From the NCBI GenBank assembly GCA_001443025.1, contig LEKP01000002.1:28429-92428 (forward strand): a stretch of 64,000 nt of DNA, in the 5' to 3' direction. The position numbers and the translations under genes were made by a program. Position 1 is the stretch's first letter; every line of letters starts with the position of its first letter. This DNA is from Parcubacteria bacterium GBS-2 (GTDB taxonomy: Bacteria; Patescibacteriota; Minisyncoccia; Minisyncoccales; GBS-2). Below the pieces are notes generated by a model. It saw nothing but the letters and a program-made list of their open reading frames with translations. It was not told the origin of the DNA and did not search any database. Positions 9,935 to 18,894 of the stretch are shown one piece after another.

Positions 9935-10276
9935 TTGAATTTTATAAAATCAAAAAAGATGAAAAAAGGATACAAAGCTGAGTGGGAAGCGAAAAAGATT
10001 TTGTTTAAAAAATATTCAAAAGATTCGATTTTCAAGGTTGCCATTGGGGGGGCAGTTGATTTTTTTATTTTGGGAAAAGGAGGGAAAGTTGAAAAAATTG
10101 TTGAGGTTAAAAAGACAAACAAAAATCAATGGTATCCAACAGAACACGATAAGAAGCAATATCAGGCATTATCTAAGATTCAAAAAAAATTTGATATTCC
10201 AGTCGAATATTGGATTAAAATTAAAGGAAAATGGAATTTTTTGAATCTTCATGAAGTAAAGCAATTCTTTAAATAA
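9935..10276 (+). CDS. Holliday-junction resolvase Hjc-like nuclease (archaeal type)
   Basis: KGYKAEWEAKKIL....VAIGGAVDFFILGKGGKVEKIVEVKKT matches the Hjc pattern G..ER.L......(Asp)...IEVK; possible later start at 9959. Confidence 0.6.
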   Translation: MNFIKSKKMKKGYKAEWEAKKILFKKYSKDSIFKVAIGGAVDFFILGKGGKVEKIVEVKKTNKNQWYPTEHDKKQYQALSKIQKKFDIPVEYWIKIKGKWNFLNLHEVKQFFK

Positions 10277-10291
10277 CAGCTCCTAAAATTA

Positions 10292-11389
10292 ATGAAAAAA
10301 GACTTTACCTTTTTGTTTAGAAAAGAAATAAATGAATACGATTTTGGCGAAGATCATCCCTTTCATGGGAGGAGGGGAGAGGATTTTTTGAATTTTTTAA
10401 AAGAAAAAATAAAGATTGACTTTCCGATTTTGAAAGCAAAAAAAGCAACCGATAAGGATTTGTTTTTAATTTGTGAAAAAGAATACATTGAGTTTACTAA
10501 AAAATATTTTGAGGCAAAAAATAAAGGAGAAGAATTTGATGGTAGATTTTTCTTTTACCATTCTGCTGACAATCTGCCAATTGGAAAGCCAGGAAAAATC
10601 GAAGAAGCGGCAAGATACATAATCGGACAGGCAAAAATGGCCGCCGATTTAATAATGGATGGCAAGTTTAAAAAAGTAATTTCAATTGGAGGAGGATTAC
10701 ATCATGCAAAAAAGAATTTTGGGGAAGGATTTTGTATTTATAATGATGTAGCATTTTGCGCAAAATATTTAATTGAAAAGTATGGTTTAAAAAGAATTTT
10801 AATTTTGGATACTGATGCTCATGCTGGAAACGGAACTTTGGAATATTTTTATGAAGATGAAAGGGTTTTATTTATTGATATTCACCAAGATCCAAGGACT
10901 CTTTATCCTGGAACAGGATTTATTGAACAAAAAGGCTCGGGTAGGGGAGAGGGTTTAAAAATTAACATTCCTTTATCTCCAGAAGCAGGAGATGAGTCTT
11001 ATAGGATGGTTTTTGAAAAAATAATTGAACCAGTAGTCAAGGAATTTAAACCAGAAATTATAATTAGGAATGGTGGCTCTGACCCTCATTTTTCAGATTA
11101 CTTAACAAATCTTGGGCTAACCCTTGAAGGATTTAAAATGATTGGGAAAAAGGTTAGAAATTTAGCTGAATTTTGTGGCGGAAAAGAAATCGATTTGATT
11201 GCTTCTGGATATAATTTGAGAGTTTTACCTTTTGCTTGGGCTGCGTTAATTTCCAGTTTAATTGGGATGGAAGTTGAAATTAAAGAACCAATTACAATGA
11301 AAAAAATTCGAGACCCTATTGAAGAAACGAAAAAAATAATTGATGAAATAAAAAGAGAGTTTAAAAAATATTGGAAATCGCTTTCTTGA
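10292..11389 (+). CDS. histone deacetylase-family (AcuC/acetylpolyamine amidohydrolase-like) deacetylase
   Basis: HHAKKNFGEGFCIYNDVA, ILDTDAHAGNGT and YEDERVLFIDIH: metal and charge-relay motifs of HDAC class. Confidence 0.85.
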   Translation: MKKDFTFLFRKEINEYDFGEDHPFHGRRGEDFLNFLKEKIKIDFPILKAKKATDKDLFLICEKEYIEFTKKYFEAKNKGEEFDGRFFFYHSADNLPIGKPGKIEEAARYIIGQAKMAADLIMDGKFKKVISIGGGLHHAKKNFGEGFCIYNDVAFCAKYLIEKYGLKRILILDTDAHAGNGTLEYFYEDERVLFIDIHQDPRTLYPGTGFIEQKGSGRGEGLKINIPLSPEAGDESYRMVFEKIIEPVVKEFKPEIIIRNGGSDPHFSDYLTNLGLTLEGFKMIGKKVRNLAEFCGGKEIDLIASGYNLRVLPFAWAALISSLIGMEVEIKEPITMKKIRDPIEETKKIIDEIKREFKKYWKSLS

Positions 11390-11959
11390 TTATTCTTCCT
11401 CAACTCTTCTCACGTATTCGCCGGTTTCAGTATTAACCTCAATAATATCCCCAGCTTCTACGAACAACGGAACATTAATTTTTGCCCCAGTTTCTAATGT
11501 TACTTGTTTTGTTCCGGGCTGAGATCTGTCTCCTCTAATCCCAGGCGGGGCTTCAACAACTTTTAATTTTACTTTAATTGGCAACGTAACGTTTATTATT
11601 TTATCTTTGAATTTTAGTCCATCTAAAATTAGTCCAGGCTTCAAAAATTTTACTCCTTCTCCAATTTTTTCTTCTTCCAATTCAAATCTTTTACTTGGAT
11701 TTTCAACTTCACAGAAATTATATTTTCCTCTTTTTTGAAAAATAAACTTTACTGCTACTTTTTCAATTTCTGCTTCTTCAAAGGTTTCGTCTTGGTGAAA
11801 GCTCCTTTCAAAAATTTTTCCATTAACTAAATTTTTAATTTTAACTCTTGCTACTACCACATCCTGAGCTTTTCCAATTTGTTTAAAATCCAAAACTTCG
11901 TACGGTTGTCCGTCTAAAATGAACCTTACTCCTTTTCTTAAATCAAAATAGGTTAGCAT
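11390..11959 (-). CDS. efp: elongation factor P
   Basis: 189 aa; FRKGVRFILDGQPYEVLDF and KPGLILDG motifs typical of EF-P. Confidence 0.9.
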   Translation of the reverse strand: MLTYFDLRKGVRFILDGQPYEVLDFKQIGKAQDVVVARVKIKNLVNGKIFERSFHQDETFEEAEIEKVAVKFIFQKRGKYNFCEVENPSKRFELEEEKIGEGVKFLKPGLILDGLKFKDKIINVTLPIKVKLKVVEAPPGIRGDRSQPGTKQVTLETGAKINVPLFVEAGDIIEVNTETGEYVRRVEEE

Positions 11960-11962
11960 GTT

Positions 11963-12745
11963 TTAAATAAAAAGAAGATTTTCGAAAATTGAAATCAAAA
12001 GCTTTTCAAGATCTAATTCTTCTTTCTCTTTCCTTAACATTTCCTCCTCTAAATTTTCAAGTTTTATTATAGCTTTTACAAAATTTCCTTCAAGCTCTAT
12101 TTCTTTTACCAGATTTTTTTCATCAACCAATAATTTCCCAGAAATTCTTTCAAAGTTTTTAAAAAAGTTGTCAACATTTTCTTTTGAAATTTCCCTTCTC
12201 CATTCAAAAATTCTATCTTTTAATTTTTCTGTGTCAATTTCAAACTCGTAGCCTTTCTCAACTCTTTCAAATTTTCTAAAAACTCCATCTTTCTCTAGAA
12301 TTTCTTTTAATTTCTTTAATTCCTCAACCTCCTCATTTTTCACTTGAATCTTTTTCCGTCCAAAAAATAAATTTTGTAAAAATTGAAATGTTTTCAATGG
12401 AGGCTGAGAACTGATGATTGAATTAATTCTCCAATAAATATCGTTTCCATCAACAACTCCAGAAAGAGTGAAAGAAACGATTGTAGTAGTTTGAATGTTA
12501 ATCTGAGCAAAAATTCTCAATCCTTTTTCAGGTAATTCCACTTCAGGACTTGCTTTTTCCCTTATTTCTTTTAAGGGGCTTTCAACCTTTTCTCTTATTT
12601 CTTTAATCCATTCTTGGCTTTCTTTTTTAGGAAGAGATTGTTGGAAAGTAATTAAAACCAAATATAAGGCAAAAATGAAAAACCCAGCTCTTATCAAAAA
12701 ACCAATAATTTTTAAGAAAAATTCTCTCATTTTTCGATTCTCCAT
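11963..12745 (-). CDS. hypothetical membrane-anchored protein
   Basis: N-terminal TM helix then a charged coiled region; no recognisable motif. Confidence 0.4.
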   Translation of the reverse strand: MENRKMREFFLKIIGFLIRAGFFIFALYLVLITFQQSLPKKESQEWIKEIREKVESPLKEIREKASPEVELPEKGLRIFAQINIQTTTIVSFTLSGVVDGNDIYWRINSIISSQPPLKTFQFLQNLFFGRKKIQVKNEEVEELKKLKEILEKDGVFRKFERVEKGYEFEIDTEKLKDRIFEWRREISKENVDNFFKNFERISGKLLVDEKNLVKEIELEGNFVKAIIKLENLEEEMLRKEKEELDLEKLLISIFENLLFI

Positions 12746-13398
12746 TCAATTTCTGATTCCTTGCCGGCAAATTCTAACCATTCTCCTTCTGGAGAGATCA
12801 CATACCACTTTTTCTTTGTCTCAGACCAAACCATTGGCATCCCTCTATAATATGGTTTTTTAACAATTTCTTTTGGTTTTAGTTTGTCAAGCTCTAACCA
12901 TTTTTTAAACACTGTTTCTATTGCATAATCTAGATTTCTTGATTTTGCCCATTCTGCAACTTTTGCTATTGCTTCTTTTGCTTTTTCAGTTGACCCTGCC
13001 AGTTCTAAAAGCTGCTTTGCAGGTTTTGTATATCTTGAATAAATTATCTCCCGTTTTTTAGCAGATTCTTTTAATTTTTCCAAAGAAATTCCTTTAGTTT
13101 TAAAATAAAAAGTGACAATTTCTCTAATTTTTGTTTTTTCTTTTAAAATCTCGTAATCTTTAATTTTTCCAGTTTTTAAATATTCTTCTATTTTCTTTGC
13201 AATTCTCTTGCCAATACCAGGTAAAGCCTCCAAACCAAAAACTCCCCTTTCTTTATAAATTTTTCCAACATCTTCTTTTAATTGTAAAACTGATTTAGCT
13301 GCTCTTTTGTAAGCGAAAGGTTTTCCTTTTGCGCTATTTATTTCATAAAGTTCTGCCATATGTTTTAAAATTTTTGCAATTTTTTCATTCCTTTTCAT
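12727..13398 (-). CDS. Pol X (Pol beta)-like N-terminal 8-kDa/HhH domain protein, lacking the polymerase palm
   Basis: N-terminus NEKIAKILKHMAELYEINSAK..KPFAYKRAAKSV...LPGIGKRIAKKIEEYLKTGK matches the PolX lyase/HhH consensus; the remaining ~120 aa are unrelated. Confidence 0.5.
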   Translation of the reverse strand: MKRNEKIAKILKHMAELYEINSAKGKPFAYKRAAKSVLQLKEDVGKIYKERGVFGLEALPGIGKRIAKKIEEYLKTGKIKDYEILKEKTKIREIVTFYFKTKGISLEKLKESAKKREIIYSRYTKPAKQLLELAGSTEKAKEAIAKVAEWAKSRNLDYAIETVFKKWLELDKLKPKEIVKKPYYRGMPMVWSETKKKWYVISPEGEWLEFAGKESEIEWRIEK

Positions 13399-13694
13399 AG
13401 TTTTTTTAAAATTTCTTGATAAAAATTCTTTGCTTTTTCTAATTCTTTTTCTCCCTTTTCGGTAATCTGATAAACCCTTCTTCTATTTTCTATTTTACTT
13501 TTCACAAACCCATCTTTTTCAAGTCGATAGAGAACTCTATAGGGCGTTATTTTTCCTGGTTTAAATCCAAAATTCTCATTAATTTTTTTTGGAATATCCC
13601 AGGCGTGAGTACTTTCTTTTTTTAAAATCAAAAGAATATAAATCCAAAGGTTTTCTATTGTATTCGATTTTTTTAATCTTTCAAAAGGAAGCAT
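13395..13694 (-). CDS. PadR-family transcriptional regulator
   Basis: 99 aa winged HTH: LWIYILLIL....YRVLYRLEKDGFV......RRVYQITEKGEKEL. Confidence 0.8.
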   Translation of the reverse strand: MLPFERLKKSNTIENLWIYILLILKKESTHAWDIPKKINENFGFKPGKITPYRVLYRLEKDGFVKSKIENRRRVYQITEKGEKELEKAKNFYQEILKKL

Positions 13695-13695
13695 C

Positions 13696-13723
13696 TTGAC
13701 AAAGTATTTTACGGGCGTAAAAT
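13696..13723 (+). promoter_or_regulatory. sigma70-like promoter for the inositol-phosphate synthase gene (TTGACA-16-TAAAAT)
   Basis: TTGACA at 13696-13701 and TAAAAT at 13718-13723, in a 60-nt divergent intergenic region abutting the padR start. Confidence 0.35.
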
Positions 13724-13756
13724 ATTAAGAAAGGTCGGAGAATAAATTTATAAAAT

Positions 13757-14860
13757 ATGTCAAAAGAAATAAGAATTGCCATAACAGGAGTAGGAAATTG
13801 TGCTTCAAGCCTTGTTCAAGGTTTATTTTATTACAAAAATGTCAAAGATGAAAGAGAGCTGGTTCCTGGGTTAATGCACAATGTTTTGGGTAGATATAAA
13901 ATTTCAGACATTAAAGTTGTTGCTGCTTTCGATATCGATGCAAGGAAAGTAGGGAAGGATGTTTCAGAAGCGATTTTTGCTCCTCCAAATTGCACTAAGA
14001 TTTTTTGTAAAAATGTGCCAAAAATTGGAGTTAAAGTGAAAATGGGACCTGTGTTAGATGGAGTGGCTCCTCATATGAAAGAATATCCAGAAGATAAAAC
14101 GTTCGTAATAGCAAAGAAAAAACCTGTTGATGTAGCAAAAGAATTAAAAAAAACCAGGGCAGAAATTTTAATTAATTATTTACCTGTTGGTTCCCAAAAG
14201 GCGGTAGAGTACTACGCAAACTGTGCATTGAAGGCAAGATGTGCTTTTATTAATTGTATGCCAGTTTTTATCGTTTCTAATAAAAAATGGGCAGAGAGAT
14301 TTGAAAAGAAAAAATTACCTTGCATTGGAGACGATATAAAAAGCCAAGTAGGAGCGACAATAGTTCATAGGACTTTATGTCACCTTTTTACCCAAAGAGG
14401 AGTTATAATCGATCGCTCTTATCAATTAAACTTTGGGGGGAACACAGATTTCCTTAATATGTTAGCTAGAGAAAGATTAAAATCAAAGAAAATTTCAAAA
14501 ACTGAAGCAGTGGAAGCAGAGCTTGCCAAAAGATTAAGTTACGATAATTTACATGTTGGACCTTCAGATTGGATTCCCTGGCTAAAAGATAACAAAATTT
14601 GTTACATCAGGATTGAAGGAAGAAAGTTTGGAAACGTACCAGTTGAACTTGAACTTAAACTTTCCGTTGAAGATTCGCCAAATTCTGCAGGATGTGTGAT
14701 AGACGCAATAAGGTTGGCAAAAATTGCTTTAGATAGAAAAATCGGGGGTCCATTAATTTCAGCCTCTGCTTATTTAATGAAGCATCCTCCGCAACAATTC
14801 ACTGATGAAAAAGCAAGAGAAATGGTCGAAGAATTTATAAAAGGTGAAAGAGAAAGGTAG
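13757..14860 (+). CDS. ino1: myo-inositol-1-phosphate synthase (Ino1 family)
   Basis: N-terminus IRIAITGVGNCASSLVQGLFYYKN is nearly identical to the mycobacterial/archaeal MIPS signature VRVAIVGVGNCASSLVQG; 367 aa. Confidence 0.85.
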   Translation: MSKEIRIAITGVGNCASSLVQGLFYYKNVKDERELVPGLMHNVLGRYKISDIKVVAAFDIDARKVGKDVSEAIFAPPNCTKIFCKNVPKIGVKVKMGPVLDGVAPHMKEYPEDKTFVIAKKKPVDVAKELKKTRAEILINYLPVGSQKAVEYYANCALKARCAFINCMPVFIVSNKKWAERFEKKKLPCIGDDIKSQVGATIVHRTLCHLFTQRGVIIDRSYQLNFGGNTDFLNMLARERLKSKKISKTEAVEAELAKRLSYDNLHVGPSDWIPWLKDNKICYIRIEGRKFGNVPVELELKLSVEDSPNSAGCVIDAIRLAKIALDRKIGGPLISASAYLMKHPPQQFTDEKAREMVEEFIKGERER

Positions 14861-15158
14861 TATGGAACCATTCGAAAGATTTAAAAAATTGAATACTGAA
14901 GGAAATTTATGGATTTACATTTTAAGTTTGGGAAGAGAAATAACCTGCGAAGATGAAGTAAGGAAATTGATCTTTGAGAAATTTGGGTTCTTACCAGGAA
15001 ACATTTTAACAAAAACAGTTTTGTATCGATTAAAAAGAAGAGGTTATATAAAACCAGAAAAATACAAAGGGAAGAAAGCGTTTATCAGAACTGAAAAGGG
15101 AGAGAAAGAGTTGGAAAAAATGAAAGAGTTTTGTAAAGAACTGTTACAAAAAATCTAG
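14844..15158 (+). CDS. PadR-family transcriptional regulator (paralog of 13395-13694)
   Basis: MEPFERFKKLNTEGNLWIYILSL...VLYRLKRRGYI...TEKGEKELEKMKEF parallels the upstream PadR almost motif-for-motif. Confidence 0.75.
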   Translation: MKEKGSMEPFERFKKLNTEGNLWIYILSLGREITCEDEVRKLIFEKFGFLPGNILTKTVLYRLKRRGYIKPEKYKGKKAFIRTEKGEKELEKMKEFCKELLQKI

Positions 15159-15716
15159 TTATTCAAATTTTTCTACCGTGAATCGATAGATTAGAAACCT
15201 CTCATTTTGAGGATTGATTTTTGCTTTTTGACAAGCAATTAAAATTTGTTTTTCGATTGTATCAACGCCTTCTAAATCTGGAAGTAAAACCCCAGTTTTT
15301 GGAACAAAATGGCCATTAAAAATAACATCACCTGACGGAGAAATTGGTACCGTTTTTACAATTATTCCGTATTTTTTGGGATCGAGTTCTGAAATATCTT
15401 TTACCAATTCAGGCTCGCTTAAAATATACACAGTATAAGAAAGGTAGGGGAGTTCTTCTTTTTGAACTGGCCCGAATCTCCAATCTTCAGTAGCAGCAGC
15501 AATGGCGTTATAGATGACTTCTTCTGCAATATTTTGTCTAGTTGGTAAATAAGTTCCAATACAGCCTCGTAATTCCCCCTTTTTTTCAATAGTCACAAAC
15601 GCCCCCGCTCTTCTTTCTAAAAATTCTTTTGGTAAATTTTCAGGCAGAAAAAGGACTTTACCTTCTTTGACATATTTTTCGACTGCTAATTTTGCCAATA
15701 AAACTAAAGGGTGCAT
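15159..15716 (-). CDS. AMMECR1 domain protein
   Basis: GAFVTIEKKGELRGCIGT motif of AMMECR1. Confidence 0.85.
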   Translation of the reverse strand: MHPLVLLAKLAVEKYVKEGKVLFLPENLPKEFLERRAGAFVTIEKKGELRGCIGTYLPTRQNIAEEVIYNAIAAATEDWRFGPVQKEELPYLSYTVYILSEPELVKDISELDPKKYGIIVKTVPISPSGDVIFNGHFVPKTGVLLPDLEGVDTIEKQILIACQKAKINPQNERFLIYRFTVEKFE

Positions 15717-15790
15717 AATTTCATTTTAACCTCTAAAATCCAATAAAAAAAGCCAAAAATTTTTGGCGATTTGTGCTAAAAATTAACGGT

Positions 15791-17208
15791 TTAAAGTAAC
15801 CCAATGTCCTTTCTCCATCGTATTCCTTTGAAGTATATTTTTTCAATTTCTCTGTACGTTATTTCTCTTGCTTCCTGCAAGGTATTGCCTTCTCCTACTA
15901 CTGTTAGTACTCTTCCTCCACTTGTTCGGAGAAATCCCTCTTGATCAAATTCTGTCCCATTGTGATAAATTGCTGCTTTAATGTAACTCTTTATATTAAG
16001 ACTTCTGTGCCATTTTAATGACTCAGTCGATTTCTTACTTTTTATGTATATTGGTTGGTTTGTATAGTGCTTGTCATCTGGGTAACCTGGGTAGTATCCT
16101 TTTCGTCCTGTGCACGGTCCGCTTACAGCGCAAAGGCCAACTGTCCATTTTTTCGAGTACCATTCCATTGTTATTTGGTCTAATCTTTGTTCCACTAGCG
16201 CGCTGTAAATTTCTACAAGATCAGTCTTCAAACGTGGTAATCGAACCTAAGCTTCTGGATCACCGTCGCGCACGTTATCTCTAGTACTTTGGGTCTTTTT
16301 TGTCCGTTTTCATTCACCATCATTATGACGAAATGCATTATTCCTATGTACTCTTTTCGATAGGGGAAATTTTCGATCGTAGGGAAGACAATTTCTTTCA
16401 GAACTTTTTCTTTTACATTTTTCTCTAACGGATGGGGAGAAATTGTTCCCATTCCACCTGAGTTAGGGTTCATTCCTCTGAAAAAGCCATTGATTATTCT
16501 TTGAGTTTTTCTATCTCTTTCGTGTTCTTCGAATGCTTTCTTGTAATCTCTTGCTGTTCCAAAAAATTCTACGTGTTCCCCGTCAGTTAGTACGAAGAAA
16601 GAAATTTCCTCTCCTTCAAGCTTTTCTTCGATTTCGATTTTTCTTCCTGCATTGTTGTATCTTTGATTAAAATCTTCACTGAAAACTTTATCAATTGCCC
16701 AAAGAGTTTCTTCTAACGAACCGCAAACAAATGTTCCTTTCCCTTCAACTATTCCATCAGCTTTCACTACTCGCATTTTTGGATTTTCTTTCACGAATTC
16801 TTTTGCTTTCTCAGGATTCTTGAAAATTTCGTACTCGGGGATAGGTACCCCAATTTTCTTTAAGTAGTCTTTAGTCCAACATTTACTGGTTTCTAAAATT
16901 GCTGCTTTTTTTGAAGGAGCAATGATTTCTAACTTTTTCTTTCTAAACTCGTCAGTAATTCCTCTTGAAATTGACGCCTCCGGTCCTACAACTGTGAAAT
17001 CAACTTCCTCATCTTCTGCAATTTCTCTAAGTTCTTCGATTGCCCTTATTGAAGTGGATTTGATTCTTCTGCATTTTTTTATTAATTCGCTCCCTCCATT
17101 TCCTCTTGTCATTATCACTTCTCTCACTTGGTGGCTTTTGACCAAAGCTTCCGCGATTGCATTTTCTCTTCCGCCTGTTCCAACTACTAAAATTTTATAT
17201 TCCTTCAA
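15791..17208 (-). pseudogene. purD: phosphoribosylamine--glycine ligase (purD) disrupted by a 1-nt frameshift and an in-frame TAG
   Basis: Two ORFs (16228-17208, 15791-16231) together cover PurD. At the junction, frame 1 gives KVLEITCAT; the frame after a 1-nt slip gives NVRDGDPEA-TAG-VRLPRLKTDLVEI, which matches the conserved FNCRFGDPETQ..LRLKSDLVEL. The TAG sits where the conserved Gln is, consistent with CAG>TAG. TAG is used as a stop elsewhere (rsmE). Confidence 0.7.
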
Positions 17209-17334
17209 TTTTTTTCACCTCCTTTGAAGTTCTACTTTATTTTTTATCAATTTTATTGTTTTTTAGCAATATTTTCTATGCCGTCATTAAAGCTGTATAA
17301 ATAACAATGAGTTTTTAGTTCAAATTTATATTTT

Positions 17335-18084
17335 TTAAATTGGTAAATTAAAAAATTTTTTGACGTTTTCATCAGTGATTTTATTGATTTCATTGAAATC
17401 TAGCTTTTTTATTTTTGCAATCTCTCTCGCTATAATTTCTACACTTAAAGGATCGTTTCTTTTCCCTTCTCCTAACCAAGGGGAGTCTGTCTCAAGTAAT
17501 ATTTTTCCCAATGGCATATCTCTAACAATTTTCTTTATTTTTTTGCTTTTTAGCAAAGTTGTGTTTACTGAAATTGACCAACCATTTTTCATTACTCGTG
17601 GTAATAATTCCTTTGCAGTAAAAAAATGCATTAAAACATTTTTTTCTCCAAATTTTTCTAAAATTTCAATCGCTTCTAAAAATGCTTTTCTGGCGTGAAT
17701 TACCAATGGTTTTTTAAGATCTCTCGCTAATTGGATAAATTTTTTAAAAAGTTCCTTTTGTTTCTTCCTCCACTCAGCTTCTTCAATGATAAAATCCAAT
17801 CCTGTTTCTCCGATTCCAACTATTTTTTCTTTATTTTCCTCAATTTTTTTGAAAAATTCATCCACTTTTAAATGATCAATTTCTTTAATATATTCAGGAT
17901 GAATTGAAACTGTGGCAAAAACAAAATTTTTGTATTTTTCAACTAATTCCATCGTCAAATCAAAATCATCGGGATGGCAACAACAAGTAATCACTGCTTT
18001 TAATTTCTCTTTGCACTTTTCAATTACCTCATCCCTATCTTTTTCATAATCTTTTTGCTCTAAGTGACAATGCACATCAATCAT
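17335..18084 (-). CDS. tatD: TatD-family metal-dependent DNase/hydrolase
   Basis: MIDVHCHL start, HxH and conserved His/Glu/Asp positions of TatD; 249 aa. Confidence 0.85.
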   Translation of the reverse strand: MIDVHCHLEQKDYEKDRDEVIEKCKEKLKAVITCCCHPDDFDLTMELVEKYKNFVFATVSIHPEYIKEIDHLKVDEFFKKIEENKEKIVGIGETGLDFIIEEAEWRKKQKELFKKFIQLARDLKKPLVIHARKAFLEAIEILEKFGEKNVLMHFFTAKELLPRVMKNGWSISVNTTLLKSKKIKKIVRDMPLGKILLETDSPWLGEGKRNDPLSVEIIAREIAKIKKLDFNEINKITDENVKKFFNLPI

Positions 18085-18510
18085 TTTAATTTTTTAATTA
18101 TATTGACATTTTCACATCTCCGCAAATGTGCAAATGTCGAATTTTTGTTGGGAGATTTTTCTTTTAAAAGAAGTTAATTTTAGTTTTTAATCGAGAATTG
18201 GTTTTATCTGTAGATATCTTTTTGATGACCTACTTCAATTAACTTTATAACTTCAAGATGCAAAAAATTGAAAAATCAGTCGTCATTCGCGAGTAATTCT
18301 GAAAGAATAAAAACCAAAAAGTGGACCAGTTAATAGTATGTAAAAGAGAATGAAATGGATTCTTTTGAAGTAGTTCCAATTTTGTTGCTAATTTATTTTG
18401 AATTTTAGCTGGAAGTTTCTTAACTAATTTTAAAAAATTTTTGCTATAAATAATAAGTACTTCCAGTACTCCTTTTCTGATCCTTCAAAATTTGGACTTT
18501 TTTTCTAAAA

Positions 18511-18590
18511 TTTTCCAAATTTTCTCTCTAAGCTTTTGTTTTTCTTTAATTTTCCAAATTTTCTCTCTAAGCTTTTGTTTTTCTTTTTCA
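18511..18590. repeat. tandem direct repeat (2 x ~40 bp) in a 510-nt non-coding region
   Basis: ttttccaaattttctctctaagcttttgtttttctttaa occurs twice in tandem. Confidence 0.8.
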
Positions 18591-18597
18591 ATTAACA

Positions 18598-18894
18598 TTA
18601 TTTCAATGTTTCAATAATCTTTTTTATTCTTTCTGCCTCTTCTTTCACAATCTCGCTTTCGTATTCTCCTGCATGAGCTGGGGTTCTTTCATATTTTGGA
18701 GCTTTTTGGTCCAAATGCAAATTAAAAATTAAGTTTTCACCCTCGATCTTCAAAATCAAATGAAATCTTGGGAACCCTTTAGGTGGTCTGACAAATTTGA
18801 TTTCGTCTCCACGTTTTTCTTGAAAAAAATAACCCAATTTTCTACTTAAAGAATAAATATTTTCTTTTAATGGTCCTTTTATTACAAATTTCAT
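18598..18894 (-). CDS. hypothetical small protein, translationally coupled to polB
   Basis: 98 aa; 4-nt overlap with the polB stop; no recognisable motif. Confidence 0.45.
   Translation of the reverse strand: MKFVIKGPLKENIYSLSRKLGYFFQEKRGDEIKFVRPPKGFPRFHLILKIEGENLIFNLHLDQKAPKYERTPAHAGEYESEIVKEEAERIKKIIETLK

Noticed and set aside
16228-16260. TAG in purD as evidence for stop-codon reassignment (TAG read as Gln)
   Set aside because: rsmE and other genes terminate cleanly at TAG with immediately following start codons, and the purD lesion is accompanied by a frameshift; a nonsense mutation is more parsimonious
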